The position numbers were made by a program, and so were the translations under genes. Positions 29,410 through 39,319 of a DNA stretch of 64,000 nucleotides are shown piece by piece. Position 1 is the stretch's first letter. Each line of letters starts with the position of its first letter. The notes under the pieces were generated by a model that had not been told where the DNA came from, did no database searches, and saw only the letters and a list, made by a program, of their open reading frames with translations. The DNA is from a virus. The DNA lies in the IMG/VR virus record IMGVR_UViG_3300000117_000009, positions 1 to 64,000 of that record. One strand, 5' to 3'.

Positions 29410-31215
29410 ATGAAAAAAGAATGCTGTGGCATTACTATAGATTTAGGTTACGATAATAATTTAACAGACTTTTCAAAGAAACTTCTTCATGACTACTATA
29501 TGCAAGATCATGAGGAGTCTCCACAAGAAAGTTTTGCTCGTGCTGCAGTAGCATTTTCTTATAACAGCGTAGATCAATCATACGACTTGAGCTTAGCACA
29601 AAGAATATATGATTATGCAGCTAAAGGCTGGTTCATGTTTAGCTCACCAATTTTATCTAATGCCCCTTCACCAGGAGAAACAGAACTTGGTTTACCTATA
29701 TCTTGCTTTTTAACATATGTTGACGATTCCCTAGAAGGATTAATATCCCATTCAGATGAATTGAGATGGATGAGTGTTAAAGGTGGCGGTGTAGGTGGTC
29801 ACTGGAGTTCCATTAGATCAAATAGTAGTATTTCTCCAGGTCCTGTGCCTTTTCTTAAAACAGTTGACAGTGATATGACTGCATATCGTCAAGGTAAAAC
29901 TAGAAAAGGATCATATGCAGCTTATATGGATGTTTCTCATCCTGACATTGTAGAGTTTCTAAGCATCAGACTACCAACAGGTGGTGATGTTAATCGTAAG
30001 TGTTTTAACATTAACAATGCAGTAAATGTTACAGACGAATTTATGGAAGCAGTATCTAAAGGCGATGTCTGGAATTTAATTGATCCTAATGACGGATCTA
30101 TAAGAGATACAATTAGTGCTAGAGAACTGTGGCAAAGAATATTAAAAATAAGATTTAGGACAGGTGAGCCTTACATTAATTTCATTGATGAAGCAAATAG
30201 ACATCTACCACAGTTTCAAAAAGATTTAAATCTTAAAATACACGGATCAAATCTTTGCAACGAAATTCATTTGGCAACATCGCCAGATAGAAGTGCTGTT
30301 TGTTGTTTAAGTTCTTTAAACATTGAAAAGTTTGACGAATGGGAAAATACAGCTATTGTAGAAGACTTAATAGAATACCTTGACAATGTTTTACAGTTTT
30401 TTATAGACAAAGCTCCTGTTCATTTAAATAGAGCAATTAAGTCTGCAAAGCTAGAAAGAAGTCTTGGATTGGGTGCTATGGGTTTCCACGCTTATCTTCA
30501 ATCAAAGAATATCCCGTTTGAATCTGGGATTGCTAAAGCTGCAAATATGAATATATTCTCACTTATACAAGAAAGAGCAAAACAGAAAACAGTGGAGTTG
30601 GCCAGATTAAAAGGAGAATGCCCAGATGCTAACGGGTATGGTGTTAGAAATTCTCATCTTTTGGCAATCGCGCCAAATGCAAATTCTTCAATTATTGCAG
30701 GCACTTCACCCTCTATTGAACCTTGGAAATCAAATGCGTATACTCATAGAACAAGAGTCGGCTCTTATCTTGTTAAAAATCCTCACTTAGAAAAAGTTTT
30801 GTTAGCATACTGTAATGATATTCCAGATGTTAAAAAGAGTGACTGGATTTCTGCACAGTGGAAATCAATCATTTTAACAGAAGGATCTGTTCAACATCTT
30901 GACTATATGTCAGATTGGCACAAACAAGTTTTCAAGACAGCGTTCGAGCTAGATCAGCGATGGATAGTTGATCACGCAGGAGATAGACAAGAGTTTATTT
31001 GTCAAGGTCAGAGTGTTAACTTGTTTTTTCCTGCAGGAACAGAAAAATCTTATGTTAATGCAGTTCATTTAAGAGCTTGGAAAAAGAAGCTAAAAGGTTT
31101 ATACTATCTTAGAACAAATTCAGGTGCTTCAGCAGAAAAAGTAAGTCAAAAAGTAGAGCAGAATAAGCTACAAGACTTCACTGATCCTGATGAGTGTTTG
31201 AGCTGTCAAGGATAA
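29410..31215 (+). CDS. nrdA: Ribonucleotide reductase class I alpha subunit
   Basis: LPISCF, GGGVG, SNLCNEI, AVCCLSS, APNANSS, KGLYYLR, C-terminal CLSCQG. Confidence 0.96.
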   Translation: MKKECCGITIDLGYDNNLTDFSKKLLHDYYMQDHEESPQESFARAAVAFSYNSVDQSYDLSLAQRIYDYAAKGWFMFSSPILSNAPSPGETELGLPISCFLTYVDDSLEGLISHSDELRWMSVKGGGVGGHWSSIRSNSSISPGPVPFLKTVDSDMTAYRQGKTRKGSYAAYMDVSHPDIVEFLSIRLPTGGDVNRKCFNINNAVNVTDEFMEAVSKGDVWNLIDPNDGSIRDTISARELWQRILKIRFRTGEPYINFIDEANRHLPQFQKDLNLKIHGSNLCNEIHLATSPDRSAVCCLSSLNIEKFDEWENTAIVEDLIEYLDNVLQFFIDKAPVHLNRAIKSAKLERSLGLGAMGFHAYLQSKNIPFESGIAKAANMNIFSLIQERAKQKTVELARLKGECPDANGYGVRNSHLLAIAPNANSSIIAGTSPSIEPWKSNAYTHRTRVGSYLVKNPHLEKVLLAYCNDIPDVKKSDWISAQWKSIILTEGSVQHLDYMSDWHKQVFKTAFELDQRWIVDHAGDRQEFICQGQSVNLFFPAGTEKSYVNAVHLRAWKKKLKGLYYLRTNSGASAEKVSQKVEQNKLQDFTDPDECLSCQG

Positions 31216-31247
31216 TTATTATACAAGGATTATACAAAGGTTAAACA

Positions 31248-32216
31248 ATGTCTTTATTAAAATACAATACAACTTATAAGCCCTTTAAATACGCATGGGC
31301 AATGGAAATAGCTGAATCTCACGAAAAGATTCACTGGGGTAGCTGGGAAGCAAAACTACAAGAAGACGTAAATCAGTGGAAAGGTGGAAAAATCCCTGTT
31401 AAAGAGAAGAATCACATTACACAAATTCTTCGATTATTTACACAAAGTGATGTTCAAGTAGGCGGCAACTATTGTGATTTGTTTATTCCTAAGTTTAAGA
31501 ATAATGAAATTAGGAGTATGCTATTAAGCTTTGCAAATCGTGAAGGTACACATCAACGTAGTTATGCGCTTCTTAATGATACACTAGGATTACCTGAAGA
31601 AGAGTACAGTGCTTTTCTAGAGTATAAAGAAATGTCTGACAAGATTGAATTTATGCAAAAAAACGATGTATCAACAAGAAAAGGCTTAGGTTTAGCGTTA
31701 GCACAATCTGCGTGTAACGAAGGAATGAGTCTATTTTCAGCTTTTGTTATGCTACTTAATTACCAACGATACGGAAAGATGAAAGGAATGTGTGAGATTG
31801 TTGAATGGTCAATTAGAGACGAGACAATGCACGTTCAGGGTATGACACAATTGTTTAGAGAATATCTCAAAGAACACCCAAGAGTTGTTAATGATGATTT
31901 TAAAAAATCAATATACAAAATGTATAGAGAAGCTGTTAAACTTGAAGACAAAGTTATTGACTTAGCATACGAAATGGGTGACATTGAAGGCCTAGACAAG
32001 AAAGAAGTCAAACAATATATAAGATATTTAGCTGATAGGCGACTAATACAGCTTGGTTTAAAACCTAATTTTAAAGTTAAACATAATCCGCTAGACTGGT
32101 TAGACTGGATTATTAATGGAGACAGTTTTAAAAACTTCTTCGAAGGTACTGTCACAGACTACAATGCTGATGGCATGAGTGGCGACAGTTGGGGTTGGGA
32201 AAATATTAAAGATTAA
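31248..32216 (+). CDS. nrdB: Ribonucleotide reductase class I beta subunit
   Basis: FTQSD, EGTHQRSY, EGMSLFSAF, RDETMH, NFFEGTVTDY. Confidence 0.96.
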   Translation: MSLLKYNTTYKPFKYAWAMEIAESHEKIHWGSWEAKLQEDVNQWKGGKIPVKEKNHITQILRLFTQSDVQVGGNYCDLFIPKFKNNEIRSMLLSFANREGTHQRSYALLNDTLGLPEEEYSAFLEYKEMSDKIEFMQKNDVSTRKGLGLALAQSACNEGMSLFSAFVMLLNYQRYGKMKGMCEIVEWSIRDETMHVQGMTQLFREYLKEHPRVVNDDFKKSIYKMYREAVKLEDKVIDLAYEMGDIEGLDKKEVKQYIRYLADRRLIQLGLKPNFKVKHNPLDWLDWIINGDSFKNFFEGTVTDYNADGMSGDSWGWENIKD

Positions 32217-32224
32217 GGAGATTT

Positions 32225-32467
32225 ATGAAAACAGAACTATTATTTTTTAGTGCACCTTGGTGCAGTCCTTGCAAACAAATGAAGAGTATGATTAACGAAA
32301 GCATACAGAATGAATTAAATATAAAAATAATCGATATATCAGAAGATATGGAAACAGCTGCAAAATATCAAGTTATGAATGTACCTACTTTTGTTAAAAT
32401 TCAAGATGGTAAAGTTATTTCTAGAAAAATTGGATCAACAACAATAGATAGATTAAAATTATTGTAA
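32225..32467 (+). CDS. Thioredoxin
   Basis: APWCSPCK, VPTF; directly after nrdB. Confidence 0.92.
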   Translation: MKTELLFFSAPWCSPCKQMKSMINESIQNELNIKIIDISEDMETAAKYQVMNVPTFVKIQDGKVISRKIGSTTIDRLKLL

Positions 32468-32515
32468 TAATATTAAAAGTTTATATAATAAAAAAAACAA
32501 AAGAAAGATTAACTA

Positions 32516-33118
32516 ATGAATTTTTTAACTGAGGTTTCTCCACTGATTAAAACTCTAGAGCTCAAGCAAGAACCTGTTATTATCACTATAAATAACTTTG
32601 ACGAAGAATCAGCTTCTGCTTTTTCTGAAGCTGTTAGCATTGCACATAATACAGGACAAAAAGTTATTCCTGTTATTATTGACTCTTACGGCGGTCAAGC
32701 TTACTCTTTACTCTCGATGATTTCAACTATTAAGTCTTCAACGATTCCTGTTGCAACGATCATTAGAGGTAAAGCTATGTCTTGTGGATCAATCTTAGCA
32801 TGTTTTGGTGACGACGGCCTTAGATTTATGGATAAAGACGCAACACTTATGATTCACGATGTTGCATCAACAGCTTTTGGAAAAGTTGAAGAGCTTAAAG
32901 CAGATGCAAGAGAAGCTGATCGACTTAATAAAAAAGTCTATAAAATGATGGCAAGAAATTGCGGCAAAGCAGATGACTACTTTTTAAATCTTATTCACGA
33001 TAAAGGTCACGCAGATTGGTTTTTAGATGCTGAAGAAGCAAAAGAACATAATTTGGTACAACATTTAAGAGTACCCAATCTAAAAGGAAAAGTTACAGTT
33101 ACAATCGATTTAGAATAA
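32516..33118 (+). CDS. clpP: ClpP-family protease subunit
   Basis: IDSYGG, GKAMSCGS (catalytic Ser), LMIHD, DWFLDAEEA. Confidence 0.88.
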   Translation: MNFLTEVSPLIKTLELKQEPVIITINNFDEESASAFSEAVSIAHNTGQKVIPVIIDSYGGQAYSLLSMISTIKSSTIPVATIIRGKAMSCGSILACFGDDGLRFMDKDATLMIHDVASTAFGKVEELKADAREADRLNKKVYKMMARNCGKADDYFLNLIHDKGHADWFLDAEEAKEHNLVQHLRVPNLKGKVTVTIDLE

Positions 33119-33150
33119 TATTTATCTATATAAAAAAGAAAGATAAACGC

Positions 33151-33630
33151 ATGACAGATCGTCTATTAAAAAAATACATTAAAAATCACATTTACTTTCA
33201 CAATAAATCAAAAAACTTATTTGAGACATTCTTTCGCAGACATAATAACTTAAACAACAGAAGTCTAATGGAAATTAGTGAAAAAACAATTTCTCAAGAC
33301 TTCCAAATCGCGAAAGAATTTATCAGTAAAGCTGTAAAAACAGAGAAGTCAGCTTTTTATTGTTTAAACTTATTAATAGAAAATCTTTCTTCCTATACAG
33401 CGTACTTAGAAATTCCTAGCAAATCATCAAATAACAACATAGAATTTGCTCTTAAAAAAAGCTTTTCAAACAAAGGAGAAGAAGAACTAACTGATGATAA
33501 TGTAAGATCTTTTATTACATTTACTCTTCAATGCCTTGAACTTCTTTTAAAGACTAAGCCAAGTATTACATCTGATTATAAGTCCCGAGAAGAAAAAATT
33601 ATTAAAAAAATAAAGCAAGAAAATACATGA
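33151..33630 (+). CDS. Hypothetical protein with LLKKYIK leader
   Basis: 159-aa ORF. Leader shared with 44560..46743. ATATTTA at 33118. Confidence 0.6.
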   Translation: MTDRLLKKYIKNHIYFHNKSKNLFETFFRRHNNLNNRSLMEISEKTISQDFQIAKEFISKAVKTEKSAFYCLNLLIENLSSYTAYLEIPSKSSNNNIEFALKKSFSNKGEEELTDDNVRSFITFTLQCLELLLKTKPSITSDYKSREEKIIKKIKQENT

Positions 33631-33682
33631 CATAATTTTATATTCTTAATAATATATATTTTTATAATAAAAGAGGTTAACT

Positions 33683-34654
33683 TTGAAAAATAAATTAGAA
33701 AATTATATATACGAGCAGATTTTGATACTAGAGCAACGCCAGCTTATTAATGAAAATAAAGTATTAAAAGGACTAACTGCAGCCGGCCTATCAGCTGCAA
33801 TTTATTTTGCAACTATTTTTTTACAGAATAATGATGTCATACCAGATGAAGTTGCAGACAAAGCTGAGCAAAGCGCAACTTTGACACAAAGTCAATTAGA
33901 TCAAATTCAAAAAGGTGCTGAAGAAGCCCAGCGATTAATAGATCAAGGTACTGATCCTAAAAACATAATTATACATCAAAAAGAACCTGGTGTAGCCATA
34001 GCTTTTAAAACTTTGTTTATGAATTCTGATCAACCAACAGACGCTGAACTAGAAAACTTAGCGCCCGGCGAAAAAATACCTATTGCAAGTGTAGAAGAAG
34101 TTACGCAAGAACACATAGAACATGTGTTCAAGTATACACCAGAACAAATAAAAGAATATTTGAATACAGAGTCTGCAAGAGATGCTTTAACTATAGACTT
34201 CGGTGAAGAAGAAATTTGTCTTTTAGATATCGGTCAAAGTGAATTATCAGAAATAATGAATAATCCAAACAGTAAAGCTTTTAAGCATGTCTCAAAAGAA
34301 GTTCTTTCTAGAAGAATACAAGCCCGCGATGCAACATGGGATGCAATTGAAGCTTTTAGTGAAGACTATGAAAATACTTGGGATCAAAACGAAGCTGTCA
34401 AAAATATTAAGAGCGGATCAAGAGATAGCATTGGTGTAGGTAAAGCAATTGAAGCTTATATGAAAAATAAAAATGCAGATGCTTATCTCGATATTGTTAT
34501 TGATGCGTTTAACAACGGTAAAGTTCAAGATCAAAGTCAAGTTGACCAGTTTATTGATAATACAGACTTAGATGACTTTTCTAGTGAAGATTCTGAAGAC
34601 GATCGTGATATTTATAGAGACACAGAAGAAGTAATAGACTTTTTGGCAAACTAA
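33683..34654 (+). CDS. Hypothetical acidic protein with leader and one hydrophobic helix
   Basis: LENYI...ILE...LINE followed by GLTAAGLSAAIYFATIFL. RBS GAGG, TTG start. Confidence 0.6.
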   Translation: MKNKLENYIYEQILILEQRQLINENKVLKGLTAAGLSAAIYFATIFLQNNDVIPDEVADKAEQSATLTQSQLDQIQKGAEEAQRLIDQGTDPKNIIIHQKEPGVAIAFKTLFMNSDQPTDAELENLAPGEKIPIASVEEVTQEHIEHVFKYTPEQIKEYLNTESARDALTIDFGEEEICLLDIGQSELSEIMNNPNSKAFKHVSKEVLSRRIQARDATWDAIEAFSEDYENTWDQNEAVKNIKSGSRDSIGVGKAIEAYMKNKNADAYLDIVIDAFNNGKVQDQSQVDQFIDNTDLDDFSSEDSEDDRDIYRDTEEVIDFLAN

Positions 34655-34676
34655 TTTTATACTATAGGATTTTATA

Positions 34677-35471
34677 ATGGAACAGTTTACAACATTAAAC
34701 AAAAACAAAGACTACGTTATCTCACTGCAACAAGAAGTTGGTGTTAAAGCTGATGGCGTTTATGGACCTAACACACATAAAGCTGTAAAAAACTATTTTG
34801 GCATGCCAATTATCATGCATATGGGTAAAGTTATTCCTATTGACTCTCCTTTAGAAATCGACTGGTCAGCACCTCTTTATGAATTAGACGACGGTACAAA
34901 AAATTGGTATAAAAGAAAAACTGATCCTTCTACTATATGTGTTCACTGGGGAGGACTTAATAGCAGACACTGTTATAATGTATTTAACATGGCAAGAGGG
35001 CGTCACGTTTCTTCTCACTTTTTAATTGGTAAAAATCATAAAACAGGCGAGTTTGAAATTTTACAGTGCCTAGATACAGGTCTGGCTGCTTATCATGCTG
35101 GCAAATTTAATAAATATTCAATAGGCATTGATATATGCATGCACCCAGATTTACGTTATTGGGACAAGACGCGAAAGTGGTACCCAGATGCTTACAGAGA
35201 AGTAATGGAAAATATTGACCCAAGAGTAGATGGTAAAGAGATAGCTATGATTGGCGACGACTTTTCAGATCTATGTCGCCAATTTTTACAATCTTTAAGA
35301 GAAGCAACTAACTTAGATGAAAAGCCTGTATGTGAATCTTTTGATGTAATGTCTGTCAAGGAAGCTTCGAAATATAGCATAGTAGGACACCACAACATAT
35401 CAGCTAAAAAATGGGATGTTATACCTTGGGCAGAAAAGCTTTATTACGGATTAGATGAAGATATTGTTTAA
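34677..35471 (+). CDS. N-acetylmuramoyl-L-alanine amidase with peptidoglycan-binding segment (candidate endolysin)
   Basis: LQQEVGVKADGVYGPNT; Amidase_2 motifs CVHW, SSHFLI, AYHAG, SIGIDI, GHHNIS..KWD. Confidence 0.82.
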   Translation: MEQFTTLNKNKDYVISLQQEVGVKADGVYGPNTHKAVKNYFGMPIIMHMGKVIPIDSPLEIDWSAPLYELDDGTKNWYKRKTDPSTICVHWGGLNSRHCYNVFNMARGRHVSSHFLIGKNHKTGEFEILQCLDTGLAAYHAGKFNKYSIGIDICMHPDLRYWDKTRKWYPDAYREVMENIDPRVDGKEIAMIGDDFSDLCRQFLQSLREATNLDEKPVCESFDVMSVKEASKYSIVGHHNISAKKWDVIPWAEKLYYGLDEDIV

Positions 35472-35499
35472 TTAATCTTTAAAATTATATTTATTGTAT

Positions 35500-35528
35500 G
35501 TGTAAATTTCATATATTTGTCATATAAT
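35500..35528 (+). promoter_or_regulatory. Promoter GTGTAAA-N16-TATAAT upstream of thyX
   Basis: Exact motif in the intergenic gap, 24 nt before the ATG. Confidence 0.75.
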
Positions 35529-35552
35529 CTTAATATAAAAAAAAGGTTTTAA

Positions 35553-36266
35553 ATGACAAATATACACTATCTTTATGACGACAATATAGGTAAAGTTGAA
35601 TTGGTCCAACATATGGGCGAAGACATAACAGTTGTTAACTCTGCTAGAGTATCTTTTGGAGTGCAAAAAGACAATCTAGATATAAAAGATCAGAAACTAA
35701 TTAACTATTTAATTAAGCATAGACACACTTCTACGTTAGAACATAATATTGCAACATTTAGAATTAAAGTGCCGCTATTCGTAAGGTCACAACATCATAG
35801 ACACAGAACATGGTCTTATAATGAAATAAGTAGAAGATATACTGATTCTGATATTAAGTTTTATGAGCCCGTTAGATTTAGAACACAACATAAAAGTAAC
35901 AGACAGGCTTCAAATCTAGAAGACACAATTAATCCTTTAATTAACTATAAAACAGACTATAGCTCACAACTTTATAAAAAAACAGCTTCAGACGCTATTT
36001 GTGATCACCATAAAATCTCACTCAAGCTTTTTGATGACCTATTAGCTTCAGGTATTTGTAGAGAGCAAGCTAGAGGCATTTTACCACAGAATCTCTATAC
36101 AGAATATTATGCAACGGCTAATTTAAATAATATACTAAAGTTTATTAATTTAAGATCACATGAAGGTGCACAGTGGGAAATACAAAGACTATCTGATAGC
36201 ATGTTATCTATTGTAAAAGAACTTTGGCCTGTAACTGTTAATAGTTTTATTAATAACCATAAATAG
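35553..36266 (+). CDS. thyX: FAD-dependent thymidylate synthase (canonical)
   Basis: SARVSF, HRHTSTLEH, RHRTWSYNEISRRY, EQARGILP, LRSHEGAQWEI. Confidence 0.95.
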   Translation: MTNIHYLYDDNIGKVELVQHMGEDITVVNSARVSFGVQKDNLDIKDQKLINYLIKHRHTSTLEHNIATFRIKVPLFVRSQHHRHRTWSYNEISRRYTDSDIKFYEPVRFRTQHKSNRQASNLEDTINPLINYKTDYSSQLYKKTASDAICDHHKISLKLFDDLLASGICREQARGILPQNLYTEYYATANLNNILKFINLRSHEGAQWEIQRLSDSMLSIVKELWPVTVNSFINNHK

Positions 36267-36297
36267 ACAATAATTACTATGTTTAGAAGGAGTCAAC

Positions 36298-36660
36298 ATG
36301 AAAACAAAAATTCTCTTAGAAAGACATAATGATTTAGTTAATACTCTTATAAGATGTCGTATAAAAATTGAAGATCGAGAAGATCCAACCGTCTTAGATA
36401 TAATGACAGATATGAGAGCATTACCAGGAGTTGTAACTGTTAGACAGACAAGACCCATATCAGACACGGTTACGTCTTACGGACACAGACTAATAGAGCT
36501 TAATGTGTCTTATATTCCTGCTTTTATTGAAGATAGTGATCCTTTTATGACAATGATCAGATCTTTAAAAAAAGTTGAAGGTATTGATATGATTAAGGTA
36601 ATGGAACACGACGAACAATCAATTAATGTAAAAATACAGAAAACACCACTAATTATTTGA
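36298..36660 (+). CDS. Hypothetical protein (possible ACT/ferredoxin-like fold) with ILLE leader
   Basis: 120 aa; two helix-GV-strand units (MRALPGVVTV, LKKVEGIDMI). RBS AGGAG. Confidence 0.55.
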   Translation: MKTKILLERHNDLVNTLIRCRIKIEDREDPTVLDIMTDMRALPGVVTVRQTRPISDTVTSYGHRLIELNVSYIPAFIEDSDPFMTMIRSLKKVEGIDMIKVMEHDEQSINVKIQKTPLII

Positions 36661-36670
36661 AAGGAAAAAA

Positions 36671-36895
36671 ATGAATTTAAACGATACAACAATTGCGCAA
36701 ATTGTTAGACTGATACAGATGGCACTTCTTACTGGAACTGATATTGTTGATCACTTAAGAATGTTAATGCTAGAAGTAGATGAAAACCAAAAGCTAGTAA
36801 TTAATAGTGAGTACGAAAGAGTCTTTAATGAGTCACTTGAAAAAATGATGTCTAATATAAGTGAAAGAGAAAGTGAACCTGTTGCAAAAGACTAG
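36671..36895 (+). CDS. Hypothetical protein
   Basis: 74-aa ORF with RBS AAGGA. Confidence 0.6.
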   Translation: MNLNDTTIAQIVRLIQMALLTGTDIVDHLRMLMLEVDENQKLVINSEYERVFNESLEKMMSNISERESEPVAKD

Positions 36896-37268
36896 CTTAG
36901 ATAAACTTGATATTCTCTTTGATAAAAGAGAGACTTTTATGGAACTTATCAAGAAAAAATACCCAGACTCATACAAAGATTGGCCTTTAGACATTTCAGA
37001 GAAAAGTAGTCAAGTTTTACTTAGAGACACTGCGCTCAAAGGCGTCGAAGAAATGTTTGAAGCACTAGGACATTTAAAGAACTGGAAGCCTCATAGAGAT
37101 ACTGATATGCCTGAGATTGATAGAGAAGAATTCTTAGAAGAAATAGTTGATGCCTTTAATTACTTCTTTTCTTTAATAATTTTAATGGGTGTTGATGTTA
37201 ATGAATTTTATAATGCTTTTAATAAAAAAGACGAGATAATAAGAAATAGAATTAAAAGCAACTATTGA
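36861..37268 (+). CDS. All-alpha NTP pyrophosphatase (dimeric dUTPase / T4 gp56 dCTPase / MazG superfamily)
   Basis: EEMFEA...NWKPH...EEIVDAFNY...K..IIRNR..NY. Confidence 0.82.
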   Translation: MKEKVNLLQKTSLDKLDILFDKRETFMELIKKKYPDSYKDWPLDISEKSSQVLLRDTALKGVEEMFEALGHLKNWKPHRDTDMPEIDREEFLEEIVDAFNYFFSLIILMGVDVNEFYNAFNKKDEIIRNRIKSNY

Positions 37269-37277
37269 TTTATTTAC

Positions 37278-37306
37278 GTGTAAATATTAAATTTATAAAT
37301 TATAAT
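37278..37306 (+). promoter_or_regulatory. Promoter GTGTAAA-N16-TATAAT upstream of the ThyX paralog
   Basis: Exact motif, followed by RBS AAGGAG and a TTG start. Confidence 0.75.
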
Positions 37307-37334
37307 AAATTGGTAATAATAAAGGAGATAAATT

Positions 37335-38306
37335 TTGCCAATTAATAATGATCTTAAACAAGTCACTCTTCCAATGGAACTTAAGTTTGACCAAGTTCCT
37401 GTAACTAACTACATTAACAATCTAGAATCACTTAACATTGAACTAATTGATGGCCCTACTAGAGAACAAGCACAAAAAATTGCTTGGCACATGACAAAAG
37501 CAACATGGGCTGATACGCCTGCAGAAACTGCATTTGAAAACTCTACACCTGAAGAGGCTTCTCTTAATCTTCAAGATGTTCTTAATTTTAGAGCTCTTCC
37601 GACGCCGATGGAATGTTTAGGTTTTACTTTTAAAATTAGCGGAATTGATACACAAACAGTAACACATTTAATTAGACATAGAGCAGGTTCTTTTGCAGCA
37701 CAATGTACTGGCGATAGAGACCTTAGAAACGATAATGTTTTAGTTCCTGAGTCTGTTGAAAATTCAGACTTTCATCATCGATTTATTGAAGTTGCTGCTG
37801 CAGCAAAACAACTTTATTCTGATATGGTTGACTCACGTGCTGTATCACTTATGGACGCAAGAGTTATTCTACCTAAAGCATTAGAAACTTTTTATGTTGC
37901 AAGATTTAATCTTAAAGACTTAATTGGTTTTATTCGTCAACGTCAAGATGTACAAATTCAGCCAGAAGTAGACAATATTATTGCAACTCGTATTGCAAAA
38001 ATTGTTTGTACATCAATTCCTGAAGTTTCTACTTGCTTAAACTTTGAAAAACCAGACATGCATTATGTTCGAACTTTCCGTGTTGAATTACCTGACGGTA
38101 CATTTACATCTCGTGGAACAAATCTTTATTATCCAGAGCCTAAAAACGACTTGTTTGAGTTTAACGAAAAAGACGCTATTTATTCATGTCGTCGTGAAGA
38201 AATTAATGGAAACAAGAAAGGTGAAGAAAAAATCTTTACTAGAATGTGGAACGATGATGTTAAAGCTGTAAGACAAATTAGACAAAATTTAGACAGCGAG
38301 TTTTAA
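37335..38306 (+). CDS. Divergent ThyX-family flavoprotein
   Basis: TPMEC.GFTFKISG, HLIRHRAGSF, DARVILP, FIRQRQD..IQPE. Signature altered to RHRAGSFAAQCTGD; C-terminal extension. Confidence 0.8.
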   Translation: MPINNDLKQVTLPMELKFDQVPVTNYINNLESLNIELIDGPTREQAQKIAWHMTKATWADTPAETAFENSTPEEASLNLQDVLNFRALPTPMECLGFTFKISGIDTQTVTHLIRHRAGSFAAQCTGDRDLRNDNVLVPESVENSDFHHRFIEVAAAAKQLYSDMVDSRAVSLMDARVILPKALETFYVARFNLKDLIGFIRQRQDVQIQPEVDNIIATRIAKIVCTSIPEVSTCLNFEKPDMHYVRTFRVELPDGTFTSRGTNLYYPEPKNDLFEFNEKDAIYSCRREEINGNKKGEEKIFTRMWNDDVKAVRQIRQNLDSEF

Positions 38307-38385
38307 TATAAAACTGTTACAGAAAACAAACTTCTGTGTAAAACAATTAAAAACATGGTAATTTATTTATAAAAGGAACAATTTA

Positions 38386-38835
38386 ATGAAAAAGATTTAT
38401 CTTGCAAGTGGTTGGTTTAATCCAGTTCAAGCAGAAGAACTTACTAATTTAGAGAATATTTTTGATGCAAGATCTGATCATTTTGATCTTGCATCACCTA
38501 GAAGAATTTTTGTTTGTCCTCCTAATGCGCCAAAGGAAGTTCAGGATGAAACTTTTACTGGTAACTTGCACCATATTGAAACAGCAGACTTTTTACTAGT
38601 TAATACTCGCGACAAAGATATTGGCACAATTTGGGAGGCTGGCTATGCATTTGCATTTAAAAAGCCAATTATCTATTTTTGCGCAGGTCTTCCAGAAGGT
38701 GCTAAATTTAATCTTATGTTAGCAAGAAGTGGTATTAAGGTCTGCACATCTTTTGAGCAGCTTGAAGAATACTTGGATAGAGTAATATCTACAGGCGAGC
38801 TACCTAATGAACCTTATGCAGCCGCAATTGAATAA
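38386..38835 (+). CDS. Nucleoside 2-deoxyribosyltransferase / nucleotide N-hydrolase (NDT, DNPH1/MilB family)
   Basis: KIYLASGWF, IETADF, DIGTIWEAGYA (catalytic Glu), FNLML. Confidence 0.88.
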   Translation: MKKIYLASGWFNPVQAEELTNLENIFDARSDHFDLASPRRIFVCPPNAPKEVQDETFTGNLHHIETADFLLVNTRDKDIGTIWEAGYAFAFKKPIIYFCAGLPEGAKFNLMLARSGIKVCTSFEQLEEYLDRVISTGELPNEPYAAAIE

Positions 38836-39094
38836 AAAGTTTTGGTCTTTCAAAGACACAAAAACTCACAAAAGAGTAAAAGAAAAATACTTAATTAAGC
38901 AAGTAATAAGGCTTTTTATTTTTGACAAAAGTTTTTTATTGCAAGTAAAGTGCAAAGAAGACAGAAATAAATTACAATATGTAATACCTTATAAGTTTAT
39001 GTCAAACATATGGCCACGAGGTTTTTACTCCGGCATTTCAGACAGTGGCATTGTTCATTTTACTGACAGTGACATTATACGAGTAATAGGATAA
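38807..39094 (+). CDS. Hypothetical protein
   Basis: 95-aa ORF in operon. Confidence 0.5.
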   Translation: MNLMQPQLNKKFWSFKDTKTHKRVKEKYLIKQVIRLFIFDKSFLLQVKCKEDRNKLQYVIPYKFMSNIWPRGFYSGISDSGIVHFTDSDIIRVIG

Positions 39095-39099
39095 TATAA

Positions 39100-39315
39100 A
39101 TGGCAAAATATAAAAAAATATTTAGAACATACTTCTTTCATAACATGTTTGGACATCCAATTATGGAAATTCTAAACAGTATAGGCAAAAGAGACTGGGC
39201 AGATTATGTTCACGATTATACTTTACCTAAAGAAGGTATTGATAAAAAAAGTACAGCAAATACAAAAGATGACGCGCCAGAAGTAAATAGAACAATTCGA
39301 CCAACAAAGGATTAA
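39100..39315 (+). CDS. Hypothetical protein (His-rich HNMFGHP...VHD)
   Basis: 71-aa ORF with RBS AGGA. Confidence 0.55.
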   Translation: MAKYKKIFRTYFFHNMFGHPIMEILNSIGKRDWADYVHDYTLPKEGIDKKSTANTKDDAPEVNRTIRPTKD

Positions 39316-39319
39316 CGTT

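Noticed and set aside
32516-33118. ClpP as the prohead protease that cleaves the [LI]xE leaders
   Set aside because: It sits with nrdAB/thioredoxin behind an early-type promoter, away from any head genes. Glu-specific cleavage is a gp21-type property, and such a gene would lie outside this window.
21625-37268. 2-aminoadenine (dZ) pathway suggested by HD-domain and MazG-like genes
   Set aside because: No PurZ/adenylosuccinate synthetase homolog is in the window, and the HD protein lacks its catalytic ligands.
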